NCBI GenBank assembly: GCA_046757025.1
Contig: JBHHXN010000007.1
Coordinates: 13,842-77,841 of the forward strand
Direction of reading: 5' to 3'
DNA length: 64,000 nucleotides
DNA from: a bacterium
GTDB taxonomy: Bacteria > Zhuqueibacterota > Zhuqueibacteria > Oceanimicrobiales > Oceanimicrobiaceae
The notes beneath the pieces were generated by a model. It was not told where the DNA came from and ran no database searches. It saw only the letters and a list, made by a program, of their open reading frames with translations. Below, in pieces: positions 42,465-51,378 of the stretch (positions are counted from its first letter, which is position 1; each line of letters opens with the position of its first letter). A program made the translations under genes and the position numbers.

Positions 42465-43697
42465 TTATGGTTTTAAAATTTCCCTTCGCAGTAAATTTAA
42501 TGCAGCCTGCACGGTGCGCTCTTTGTTCAGGAGACGGTCTTTGAAAAAATGAAATTTCTTACTGAAGCATCTTTCCTTTTGAGCCAGACCAACGTAAACC
42601 AAACCCACTGGTTTTTCGGGTGTGCCGCCAGTGGGTCCGGCAATGCCGGTAGTAGAAAGTCCGAAATCCGCTCCGCTGATTTTTTTCACTCCCCCCGCCA
42701 TGGCTCCGGCAACCTGCGGGCTGACTGCGCCATATTTATCTAACAAATCTTGAGGAACCCGCAGCAGCTGCATTTTGGCTTCGTTGCTGTAAGCGATCAC
42801 GCCTCTCTCAAAATAGTTGGAGCTGCCGGAAATATTGGTCAGTTTGTTCGACAACAATCCTCCTGTGCACGACTCCGCCACCCCCAAGGTTTTGTGATTT
42901 TCCAACAGCAACTTCGCAACCGTCTGTTCCAATTCTTCTTCATCGAATGCATAAACATATTTGCCAATTTTTTCAACAAAAAAAGCCAGCGCCTTTTCAA
43001 TGTTTGTTTGGCACTCTTGTAGAATTTCTCCTCTGGCGGTGAGTCGAATATCCACCCCTGCTGCTTTAGGCAAGAAGGCCACTTTCACAAACTTTTGGAT
43101 ATTTTTCAGATCACCGATTCGCTCAAACAGCGTGGATTCCGGTAAACCCGTGGTGCGAATGGTTTTTTGCACAATTTTTTGTGATTGATCTGCGAGGGTT
43201 GAAAAAACGCTCTGTTCGCATATAGCTTTCATTTCTGCCGGTACGCCGGGTAAAATGAAGCATTTTTTGCCATTTTTGTGAAAGAGCAATCCGGGAGCGC
43301 TCCCAAGTGGATTTTCCAGCACCCGGGCTTTTTCAGGAACCAGGGCCTGCTCTTCATTGACCGCTGCCATTTTAATTCCACGTTTCGAAAACTCTCGCTT
43401 CAACCGCTCTAAAATATCCGCCCGGAAAATTAATTTCGACTGGAAGAAATCTGCCGCCACGGTTTTAGTGATATCGTCGTGGGTGGGTCCCAGCCCACCG
43501 GTGGCGATCACCACCTCGCTGCGACTCATGGACAAAGCGAGGGCCTGTTTCAGATCCCCGGCATGGTCGCCCACCGTGGTCACCCATTTGATTTCGTATC
43601 CGAGTCGGGTTAAATGCTTTGACAAATAAGCTGCGTTGGTGTTGACGATTTGACCGATTAAAAGTTCATCACCGATGGAAAGGATTTCAGCAATCAT
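42465..43697 (-). CDS. cinA: Competence/damage-inducible protein A (MoCF plus NMN deamidase)
   Basis: GDELLIG, GGLGPTHDD, AESCTGG, GIAGPTGG. Confidence 0.96.
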   Translation of the reverse strand: MIAEILSIGDELLIGQIVNTNAAYLSKHLTRLGYEIKWVTTVGDHAGDLKQALALSMSRSEVVIATGGLGPTHDDITKTVAADFFQSKLIFRADILERLKREFSKRGIKMAAVNEEQALVPEKARVLENPLGSAPGLLFHKNGKKCFILPGVPAEMKAICEQSVFSTLADQSQKIVQKTIRTTGLPESTLFERIGDLKNIQKFVKVAFLPKAAGVDIRLTARGEILQECQTNIEKALAFFVEKIGKYVYAFDEEELEQTVAKLLLENHKTLGVAESCTGGLLSNKLTNISGSSNYFERGVIAYSNEAKMQLLRVPQDLLDKYGAVSPQVAGAMAGGVKKISGADFGLSTTGIAGPTGGTPEKPVGLVYVGLAQKERCFSKKFHFFKDRLLNKERTVQAALNLLRREILKP

Positions 43698-44152
43698 AGA
43701 ACTTTATGTACAATAAAAAAAATCAATCGCAAGCTGACGGCGCTGTAAATTCCTGCCACTACATCGTCCATCATCACGCCCCACCCGCGGGGCAGACGTT
43801 CAGTATTTTTCGCTGGAAAAATTTTAACAATATCAAATAATCTAAAAAGAATGAATCCAATTGCAAGCCATATAATTTTTTTTTCAAATAAAATAAATGT
43901 AATAAACGTGCCGACTACTTCATCGATTACAATAATCTGGTTGTCGTTTACGCTGGTTTGTTTTTCAACTTCGGAGGCAGCCCAGACACCCACTAAAAAA
44001 GTTAAAGCGATAAAACCTAAAAAATAGATCTTTTCGCTTCCAGGAATGATCCAATACAAAAAAAGCCCCAAAAAACTACCCATGGTTCCGGGAAAGAATG
44101 GGGCATATCCAAAAAAGAAACCTGTCGCAATGACGCGGGAAATCAGATGCAT
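43694..44152 (-). CDS. pgpA: Phosphatidylglycerophosphatase A
   Basis: PGTMGS, IVIDEVVG, FRLFDIVK, GVMMDDVVAG. Confidence 0.95.
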   Translation of the reverse strand: MHLISRVIATGFFFGYAPFFPGTMGSFLGLFLYWIIPGSEKIYFLGFIALTFLVGVWAASEVEKQTSVNDNQIIVIDEVVGTFITFILFEKKIIWLAIGFILFRLFDIVKIFPAKNTERLPRGWGVMMDDVVAGIYSAVSLRLIFFIVHKVL

Positions 44153-44776
44153 TTATCGAACGTTTGTGGGCACGAATACGCGATAAAAAGCTACGGCCGC
44201 TCGTTTAAGTTGCTGGCGGTTTTCGATCAGGTAGCTCAATCCGGTGGCCGCGGTAAAAAACGTGACGAGCAGCATCAAGTTTTCCACAACATTCCAATCC
44301 TTGATAAAGATGACGGCAACCGGCAATTCGGAAACTCCTTCGTAACTTTTTTCTGTGATGATCCAGATTAAAATCAGGTAGATAGCAGCCATCTGGCAGA
44401 CCGTTTTCCATTTGGCAAAATTGCTGGTAACGAATTTCCTGCCTTTCGAAAGGGCGTAAGAACGCAATCCGGTAATCAAAATATCCCGAAGAGCAATAAT
44501 GATAAACATCCACAGTTTCATATAACCTAAATAGGTAAATATTCCAAATGAAGTAGAAATCAGGAGTTTATCAGCCAGGGGATCCAAATATTTGCCGGTG
44601 GAAGTGACGTTGCCCGATTTACGCGCGATATAACCGTCATACCAATCTGTGATCGAAGCGAAAATAAAAATGAGCAGCGCAGCATACTTGCAATAAATTG
44701 ACTCAAACAATAAAAAAATCGCAAAAATAGGGGTTGCAATCATGCGAGCCACGGTCCATTTGTTGGGATGAGACAT
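44153..44776 (-). CDS. pgsA: CDP-diacylglycerol--glycerol-3-phosphate phosphatidyltransferase
   Basis: DWYDGYIAR...GKYLDPLADK CDP-alcohol motif. Confidence 0.93.
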   Translation of the reverse strand: MSHPNKWTVARMIATPIFAIFLLFESIYCKYAALLIFIFASITDWYDGYIARKSGNVTSTGKYLDPLADKLLISTSFGIFTYLGYMKLWMFIIIALRDILITGLRSYALSKGRKFVTSNFAKWKTVCQMAAIYLILIWIITEKSYEGVSELPVAVIFIKDWNVVENLMLLVTFFTAATGLSYLIENRQQLKRAAVAFYRVFVPTNVR

Positions 44777-44832
44777 AAAAATCTCTCTAATTATTGAATA
44801 AAAATTAAAACACCTTTTAATTGGCTAAACTT

Positions 44833-45429
44833 TTACAGAACAATTCTACCTTCTAATGCCCGGGTCAAAGTGATTTCATCAGCGTATTCGATATCTCCTC
44901 CCACAGGAATTCCGCGTGCGATGCGGCTAATCTTGACATTCAAAGGCTTAATGAGTTTTTCTAAATACAGGGCCGTGGCTTCCCCTTCCGCATTGGGATT
45001 GGAGGCGATGATGACTTCGTTAATTGTACTATCCAATCGGGATAAAAGTTCTTTAATGTGAAGATCTTCTGGCGCGATACCTTCCAGCGGCGACAAGGCG
45101 CCACCCAACACATGGTACAATCCTTTGTACTCGCCGGTTTTTTCTAACGCTAAAACGTCATTAGCTTCTTCCACAACACATATCGTGCTGCGGTCCCTCT
45201 GGTTGCTAACACAAATGTAGCACGGATTTTCTTCGGTAATGTTAAAACACTGATTGCAGAAATTGACTTTTTCTTTGATAGCGATGAGCGCATCGGCGAG
45301 CTCCTGGACTTCCCACTTAGGAGATTTTAGCAGATAAAAAACCAAGCGCTGGGCGGACTTACGGCCGATTCCCGGAAGTTTTGAAAATTCCGAAATGGCC
45401 TTTTCCATGGAAACGGATGGATACTGCAT
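44833..45429 (-). CDS. recR: Recombination mediator RecR
   Basis: LPGIGRKSAQR, C4 zinc finger, YHVLGG, Toprim. Confidence 0.98.
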   Translation of the reverse strand: MQYPSVSMEKAISEFSKLPGIGRKSAQRLVFYLLKSPKWEVQELADALIAIKEKVNFCNQCFNITEENPCYICVSNQRDRSTICVVEEANDVLALEKTGEYKGLYHVLGGALSPLEGIAPEDLHIKELLSRLDSTINEVIIASNPNAEGEATALYLEKLIKPLNVKISRIARGIPVGGDIEYADEITLTRALEGRIVL

Positions 45430-45465
45430 TGTGTCTAAACTGACCTCGATGATACAAATAGAATT

Positions 45466-45804
45466 TTAAAAACCTGGAATTTTGAAACCCGGCGGCAAAT
45501 TCCCGAGCATGCCGCTGGTCACTTTCCCCATTTCTTGAGATGCCAAATCCTGAGCATTTTGAAGCGCCTGATTGGTTGCCGCCACCACCAGGTCTTCCAG
45601 CATTTCGATGTCTTCCGGATCCACCACTTGTTTATCGATTCGTATCTCCAGGATTTCCTGTTTGCCGTTGGCCACCGCCGTCACCATACCGCCGCCCGCG
45701 CTGCCTTCGGCTTGTAAATTGCCAAGTTCATCCTGAACTTTTTGCATTTTTTCTTGCATCTTTTGGGCTTGTTTGATTATATCGCCCATACCCGGCTTGG
45801 CCAT
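45466..45804 (-). CDS. ybaB: YbaB/EbfC nucleoid-associated protein
   Basis: [22 protein letters not shown]; lies between dnaX and recR. Confidence 0.96.
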   Translation of the reverse strand: MAKPGMGDIIKQAQKMQEKMQKVQDELGNLQAEGSAGGGMVTAVANGKQEILEIRIDKQVVDPEDIEMLEDLVVAATNQALQNAQDLASQEMGKVTSGMLGNLPPGFKIPGF

Positions 45805-45836
45805 ATCATTCTCCTTAATATATTGTTACGACTGCT

Positions 45837-47540
45837 CTATCTGACAATTTCGCCGTCGAATAATTCGATTACTTTTTTTATGATGGGAATTTGTAATGAG
45901 CTTTCATCTTCAACCGGCCTTTCCGCCACCGAATCGGGTTTGTGCTTCGACAAAATTTCTTTGAATTCTTCGCTGTCATTTTTTTTGCAGTGGATCTGCA
46001 GCTTTATGCCGGTTAATTTGAGAATGACCTCCTGAATAAGCAGCTTATTTTGATTGATGGCATTGATATGAAAGCCATTTTCTTTGCCGAATGAAATCTC
46101 TAAAATCCCGTCATGAAAATGCGTAGGATACCCCTCGTTCAAAAAAGATCCCAGATGAATTTTTTTGCTGCGCACTTCTTCAACGATTTCGCTCCACTTT
46201 TCCTTAATCTTGCCCAGTGAGGCGGCAGCAGCTTCATCGGTTTGACCTGCGGACACGGAGGCGTGTGAAGCATCGTTGCCATTTTCTTTTTTGCGCTCAC
46301 TTGAAGCTGAAGTGGTCACATTTTTTATCACCGGCACACCGGCCGGGTGGTCATGAACAACACCGTACGGCATCGCGCTCTTTTCCAGCGGTTTCGAAAC
46401 CGACGAAGATTTGAAATCGGAAATCTCTGTTAACAACCGCTCCAAATCAACACTCTTTTCCAGGTTGATCATTTTGATCAGCAGCATTTCCAACACAATC
46501 TTTGGGTTAGAACTACGTTTAATTTGATAACTAGTTTCCGAAGACATTTTAATTAAACGCAGTAAATCCGTATCTGAGAAAGCCTGGGCGGTTTCGGTGT
46601 AACGTTTTTCAAACGCTTCCAGTCCTTCTAAAAAGGCAGTTTGTTGAGTGTTTTTTAGAACCAGGACATTTCTAAAATGTTCGGTCAATCCGTTCAAAAA
46701 TTCACTCAAGTCGAAACCCTGAGCAAAAACAGAATTCACCAAATTTAAAACAGCCGTCACTTTTTTGTTGACAATACAATCGCTGCATTCAAAATAGAGC
46801 TCCTGATCGATAATGCCGAGCAGCTCGGAAAGCTCTTTTAACTTGACTTTTTGTCCACAGAAGGAGACCACCTGATCCAGCAGGCTCTGGCTGTCGCGCA
46901 TGCTGCCTTCCGATTTTTTGGCGATCAAAAATAAGGATTCATCGTCAATTTCGATCTGTTCCTCGGAGCCTATCTTGCGCAATTGTTCAACAATTTCGTT
47001 CAAAGGGATTCGTCGGAAATCGTAGCGCTGGCAGCGAGAAAGAATGGTAGCTGGAACTTTATGCGGTTCGGTGGTGGCAAAAATGAAAAGGACTCGGGGC
47101 GGTGGTTCTTCCAGGGTTTTTAACAGGGCATTAAACGCCTCGGTGGTAAGCATGTGCACTTCGTCAATGATATAAATTTTGTGCTTACCCTTAGCGGCGG
47201 CATACTTCAGATTTTCGCGCAAATTGCGAACTTCATCGATGCCGCGATTGGAGGCGCCGTCAATTTCAAATACTTCCAGACTGCGGCTATCGGTAATTTC
47301 CTGGCAGCTTGAACACGTGTTGCAAGGGTCGGGAGTTGGCCCGGTGTCGCAATTGATAGCTTTGGAAAAAATACGTGCGGTGGTGGTTTTACCCACACCC
47401 CGAGGCCCGGAAAAAAGATAGGCGGAAGCCAGCCGATTATTTTTAATCGCATTGCTCAAAGTGGTGGTGACATGTGATTGCGCCACGACATCTTTAAATT
47501 GCAACGGTCGCCATTTTCTGGCTATTACCACATAAGACAT
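45837..47540 (-). CDS. dnaX: DNA polymerase III subunit gamma/tau
   Basis: True start MSYVVIARKWRP at 47540 (the ORF-track extension to 47744 runs through the SRP RNA); GPRGVGKTT, IIDEVHML. Confidence 0.97.
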   Translation of the reverse strand: MSYVVIARKWRPLQFKDVVAQSHVTTTLSNAIKNNRLASAYLFSGPRGVGKTTTARIFSKAINCDTGPTPDPCNTCSSCQEITDSRSLEVFEIDGASNRGIDEVRNLRENLKYAAAKGKHKIYIIDEVHMLTTEAFNALLKTLEEPPPRVLFIFATTEPHKVPATILSRCQRYDFRRIPLNEIVEQLRKIGSEEQIEIDDESLFLIAKKSEGSMRDSQSLLDQVVSFCGQKVKLKELSELLGIIDQELYFECSDCIVNKKVTAVLNLVNSVFAQGFDLSEFLNGLTEHFRNVLVLKNTQQTAFLEGLEAFEKRYTETAQAFSDTDLLRLIKMSSETSYQIKRSSNPKIVLEMLLIKMINLEKSVDLERLLTEISDFKSSSVSKPLEKSAMPYGVVHDHPAGVPVIKNVTTSASSERKKENGNDASHASVSAGQTDEAAAASLGKIKEKWSEIVEEVRSKKIHLGSFLNEGYPTHFHDGILEISFGKENGFHINAINQNKLLIQEVILKLTGIKLQIHCKKNDSEEFKEILSKHKPDSVAERPVEDESSLQIPIIKKVIELFDGEIVR

Positions 47541-47604
47541 CCGAACTACCCTCCCGAGTTCATGACAAAATTGCTGCTTCAAACCTTTCAAAATTTCTTT
47601 TGAT

Positions 47605-47878
47605 GGGCTGTGCACCCACCCTCGACCTTTCCTTCCCGCGTGCGAATTTTCGCAAGCGACTCCGTTCAAGTATTCCCCCGGCACATAAAATAAATACTTA
47701 CCGCTGCTACCTTCCGGTCCTGACGGGGTTGGGTACCATTTCATTGCGGAGGACTTGAGCTATCAACATCGATTGCGAAAACCGCCATCGTGGGGGAGCA
47801 AGCCTCAAGTGGGAATTCGACCCTGCTATAGCGGATTGCAGGCAACAGGGCACCGCTGACTCCCCGTCTAGCACAGCC
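47605..47878 (-). ncRNA. ffs: Large bacterial SRP RNA (with Alu domain)
   Basis: Helix-8 core CCGTCAGGACCGGAAGGTAGCAGCGG; 5' GTGCTAGACGGGGAG..AGCGGTGCCCTGT..CCTGCAATCCGCTATAGCAGGG like Bacillus scRNA; termini GGCTGTGC/GCACAGCC pair. Confidence 0.92.
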
Positions 47879-47881
47879 TTG

Positions 47882-47954
<73 letters not shown>

Positions 47955-48030
47955 ATTTTCCGTGAACGATCGAACACAAATCCAATCACCCATTTTCAAC
48001 GATTTGCCGATTTGTTCGATCTTCCATCAG

Positions 48031-48118
48031 CGGAGAGGGAGGGATTCGAACCCCCGGTGACGAAACGCCACAACGGTTTTCGAGACCGCCCCGATAAGCC
48101 AGACTCCGGCACCTCTCC
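48031..48118 (-). tRNA. tRNA-Ser(CGA)
   Basis: GGAGAGG acceptor, CT-CGA-AA loop, long variable arm. Confidence 0.95.
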
Positions 48119-48230
48119 GGTCAACTTCTTCTTCAAAGTCATATCCCCCTTCAAAACACCACCCACATCCTGCGCTCAGTAAACGTTTTCACACAATTGA
48201 CGGATTAACAATTTTAAACCCGACTTTCAG

Positions 48231-48311
<81 letters not shown>

Positions 48312-48321
<10 letters not shown>

Positions 48322-48779
48322 TGATTTTTTTTCCTGATATTCTTAAAAAATGTCTGCAAAATCCCTAAACATTTATCCTGCAGAATGCCCATGTTTACGT
48401 CAACCCTGGCATGAATCGCCGAATTTTGCAGTATGTTTATTGCGGTACCACAAGCTCCCATTCGAGCATCGCTTACGGCATACACCACATGATTTATTCG
48501 AGATAAAAAAATTGCCCCGGCACACATGGGGCAAGGCTCCTTGGTTACATACAAAATCGCATCTTCCAGACGCCAGGATTTCTTTGTATTGGCGGCAGCG
48601 GTAATGGCAATCATTTCTGCGTGTGCCGTAGGGTCCTGCAAACTTTCAACCCGATTGTGTCCACGGCCGATTATGCGATCTTGCTCGACAATAACAGCAC
48701 CAATTGGAACTTCTTCATTTTCAAACGCTTTTTCAGCCTCACGAAATGCCTGCTCCATCCAAATTTCGTGAGTTGTCAT
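48312..48779 (-). CDS. tadA: tRNA adenosine(34) deaminase
   Basis: EVPIGAV, DPTAHAE, EPCPMCAGA. Confidence 0.96.
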
Positions 48780-48878
48780 ATTCCATCATTTATTATATTG
48801 AATGGTATTTAAAAAAGCCCATACTCGCCGCGTTCATTCAGCACGGGTGCAAACAATTGATGATTACAGTCAAATTTG

Positions 48879-48952
48879 TACGCCCGGGAGGACTCGAACC
48901 CCCAACCTCTTGGTCCGTAGCCAAGCGTTCTATCCAATTGAACTACGGGCGC
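48879..48952 (-). tRNA. tRNA-Arg(ACG)
   Basis: GCGCCCG acceptor, CTTGG-CT-ACG-GA-CCAAG anticodon arm. Confidence 0.95.
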
Positions 48953-49044
48953 AGTTAGATGAATCAGTCGTTGATGAAGTGATTTTTTGAATTCACCAGA
49001 AAACTTCCCAACCAAGTAGCGTATATGCCAGTCGAACCCGGGTT

Positions 49045-49065
49045 GTCCCGACAGAAAGTCGGGAC
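49045..49065. repeat. Short palindrome (REP-like)
   Basis: GTCCCGAC-AGAAA-GTCGGGAC between tRNA-Glu and tRNA-Arg. Confidence 0.45.
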
Positions 49066-49101
49066 GGGCTTATTCCGCAATTTTTATTAAAGCTTTTCCT
49101 G

Positions 49102-49174
49102 TAGCGCATACGGGACTCGAACCCGTGTTACCGGCGTGAGAGGCCGGCGTCCTAGGCCACTAGACGAATGCGCC
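49102..49174 (-). tRNA. tRNA-Glu(CTC)
   Basis: GGCGCAT/ATGCGCT acceptor, CCGGC-CT-CTC-AC-GCCGG anticodon arm. Confidence 0.95.
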
Positions 49175-49196
49175 AAGTATTTAAAAAACGAAAATA

Positions 49197-49225
49197 AATA
49201 TATCCAATTCTGCAGTTAAAATCAA
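49197..49225 (-). promoter_or_regulatory. Sigma70 promoter of the tRNA-tadA-SRP-dnaX cluster
   Basis: TTGATT-17-TATATT about 22 nt upstream of tRNA-Glu. Confidence 0.6.
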
Positions 49226-49236
49226 GCCTTATTTTG

Positions 49237-49262
49237 CGCCATTTTGAAAATTCAAAATGGCG
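49237..49262. terminator. Perfect 12-bp inverted repeat after tenA (terminator or operator)
   Basis: CGCCATTTTGAA-AA-TTCAAAATGGCG. Confidence 0.45.
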
Positions 49263-49310
49263 AACGGAAATGAAATACTTGATTCAATTCAAATGAGCAC
49301 CATTTTCAAT

Positions 49311-49985
49311 TCAAGGTACCGGTGCAGGCCAACATTCCTGCAGCCAACCCATCTCGAAAAACATGAGCTCAAACCGACTGCTTTGCAAATACAGTTTGTA
49401 CCAATGTTCTTTGTCCGAGCTTGAGGCAATTTGCGCAAAACCATCCATTTTTTCCTTCAGCCAGTCAGCCCAGCCAACAAACTCATCCGAAGCGTAGGTT
49501 TCGATCCAGTCGCGATAGTGGGGGGCTTCGGGCAGGCCTTTGTCTTTGAGAGTTATCGCGATATGCGCATAGCCCCAGGCGCAGGGCAGGAGCACGGCCA
49601 GGATACCGGGCAAAGGCTCTTCATAACAGGATTTGACCAAAAAACTGGTGTAGGCCAGAGTGACGAACGCCGGCTCGGTGTTTTCAAGCTCCGATTTGCT
49701 TATGTCAAATTCAGCACAAATACGGCGGTGCAAATCCATCTCGGTGTTCAAAGTCAAATCCAACAATTTCGCAAAATAGCTCATGTCCTCCAGATTACGT
49801 GCTTTGGCCGACGCCAGCGCAAACACTCGACTGAATTCGATCAAATAAACGTAATCTTGTGTAAGATAGAATTGATATTTTTCTTTATCGAGCGTACCCT
49901 CGCCGATTCCGCAAACGAAGGGATGGTGTAAGATAGCTGCCCAGATGGCGTGTGATCTTTCCTGCATTTGCTCTGAAAATGACAT
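49311..49985 (-). CDS. tenA: Thiaminase II
   Basis: HPFV, YLTQDYVYL, LLPCAWGY catalytic Cys, WIETYAS; likely start MSFSEQ at 49985. Confidence 0.93.
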   Translation of the reverse strand: MSFSEQMQERSHAIWAAILHHPFVCGIGEGTLDKEKYQFYLTQDYVYLIEFSRVFALASAKARNLEDMSYFAKLLDLTLNTEMDLHRRICAEFDISKSELENTEPAFVTLAYTSFLVKSCYEEPLPGILAVLLPCAWGYAHIAITLKDKGLPEAPHYRDWIETYASDEFVGWADWLKEKMDGFAQIASSSDKEHWYKLYLQSSRFELMFFEMGWLQECWPAPVP

Positions 49986-50049
49986 CTTCGTCACTCCTGT
50001 GATTTGATCGAACAATTAATAAACCTTCATCAATTCGTGCCGATGATAA

Positions 50050-50448
50050 ATGAAATTAAGTGAATACAGACTTACACGATTGATTATGAATACCAAAAAG
50101 ATTTTGCTTGTTGAAGATGATCAGGCGTTTGTGGATCTGATCAAATTAGCACTGCGTGATTTTCGGTTTGAAATTCAAGTAGTCGAAGACGGACAAAGCG
50201 CTCTTGACCTCATATCTAAAATACAATTCGACTTAATCATCAGCGATTATCGGCTGCCACGGGCACATGGAGTTGAAATCGCCCGCGCCGCGAAAAAGAC
50301 CAGTCCTAAATGCCAGATCGTGCTTATCAGCGCTGCCGATTCCGAGCTGATCGCGTCCGATACCGAACACCTGGACCTGCTGGGTTTTTTACAAAAACCC
50401 TTTTCACCCGGGCAGCTTCGAGAAGTCGTCTCTAAAATAGCGTTGTGA
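50050..50448 (+). CDS. Single-domain response regulator
   Basis: ILLVEDD, DLIISDYRLP, QKPF. Confidence 0.92.
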   Translation: MKLSEYRLTRLIMNTKKILLVEDDQAFVDLIKLALRDFRFEIQVVEDGQSALDLISKIQFDLIISDYRLPRAHGVEIARAAKKTSPKCQIVLISAADSELIASDTEHLDLLGFLQKPFSPGQLREVVSKIAL

Positions 50449-50461
50449 TGGTTTGATTAAA

Positions 50462-51115
50462 TTACTGTCCTACGACTTCTGCATTCTCTATTTTACCTAA
50501 CACGTTCCCACCGTTTTCCAGAAACACCAAAACTTCCACGTTTTCATCTTCAACGATGATATCGCCTTCAACCACGGAATCGTTTAAAATTTTGATCTTT
50601 ATCACCCGTTGCTTCGATCTGTTTTTTCTTTTTCCTTCAATGATCACGTTGCCTTTTAATCGACTCTCGTCATCGAGTACGATATTTCCGTTCACAGTCG
50701 TCACGTTGCGATTTACCAGCGTATGGTACAATTCGATGTTTCCGTTGACGGATCGCACATACCCTTCAATTTCAACGTCTTTTGCGCACGAAATGTCGCC
50801 GTTAACCGATTCAATATCGCCATCGGAGTAGACTTCTTCGGACAACTCGATGCGACCGTTGACGCTTTGTACATCTTCAACCCGTGAGCGCTTCCCGACT
50901 TCGATCCGGCCGTTGACCGTACGGCAATCGCCTTTCACTTTACAGTCTTCACCAACGATAATTGCTCCGTTAACGGCGTTGATGTCGCCGCGTTTTGTGG
51001 TGCCATCCTCAACATAGACGGTTTTATTGACTGAAACATTACAAGAAACAATTACTAAGACAAGAAAATGAAATCCCACAATAGCAGCAAGTTTTTTCAT
51101 GGCTACCCTCAACAT
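50462..51115 (-). CDS. Lipoprotein with beta-helix/solenoid repeats (DUF4097-like)
   Basis: Lipobox IVSC; repeated (S/T)VNG.I units about 17 aa apart. Confidence 0.7.
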   Translation of the reverse strand: MLRVAMKKLAAIVGFHFLVLVIVSCNVSVNKTVYVEDGTTKRGDINAVNGAIIVGEDCKVKGDCRTVNGRIEVGKRSRVEDVQSVNGRIELSEEVYSDGDIESVNGDISCAKDVEIEGYVRSVNGNIELYHTLVNRNVTTVNGNIVLDDESRLKGNVIIEGKRKNRSKQRVIKIKILNDSVVEGDIIVEDENVEVLVFLENGGNVLGKIENAEVVGQ

Positions 51116-51149
51116 TTAATTCCATAAAAGAAATTTACGAATTTTATTT

Positions 51150-51321
51150 ATGAGGATCTCGTAAAAGTCCCGTTTCGGCCATCTCGAGGAATCCCGCCAT
51201 AGGCTGGATGACGACGCGATCTCTAAAAAATCAATGACTTCGTGTGGATGAGATTGCTTCGTCCCGCACACACCGCGGGACTCGCAATGACAGCCCGGAT
51301 TACTTTTTACGAAACACTCAT
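51150..51321. mobile_element. MITE-like element with an internal REP-like doublet
   Basis: ATGAGGATCTCGTAAAAGT / ACTTTTTACGAAACACTCAT imperfect TIRs; internal GAGATTGCTTCGTC...CTCGCAATGAC and a degenerate inverse copy. Confidence 0.55.
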
Positions 51322-51378
51322 TTATACTTAATTTTACTTCATTTGATTATGACCCTATTCCGCTGAATAGTTGCAGTT

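Noticed and set aside
46285..46296. AAAAAAG in dnaX as a -1 frameshift site for a gamma subunit
   Set aside because: It is read AAA AAA G, not the A AAA AAG phase needed, and I saw no clear downstream stimulatory hairpin.
47541..47744. 68-aa N-terminal extension of DnaX in the ORF track
   Set aside because: It overlaps the SRP RNA; the conserved DnaX start MSYVVIARKWRP is at 47540.
49986..50049. TPP riboswitch upstream of tenA
   Set aside because: Only ~64 nt separate it from the divergent response regulator and there is no CTGAGA motif.
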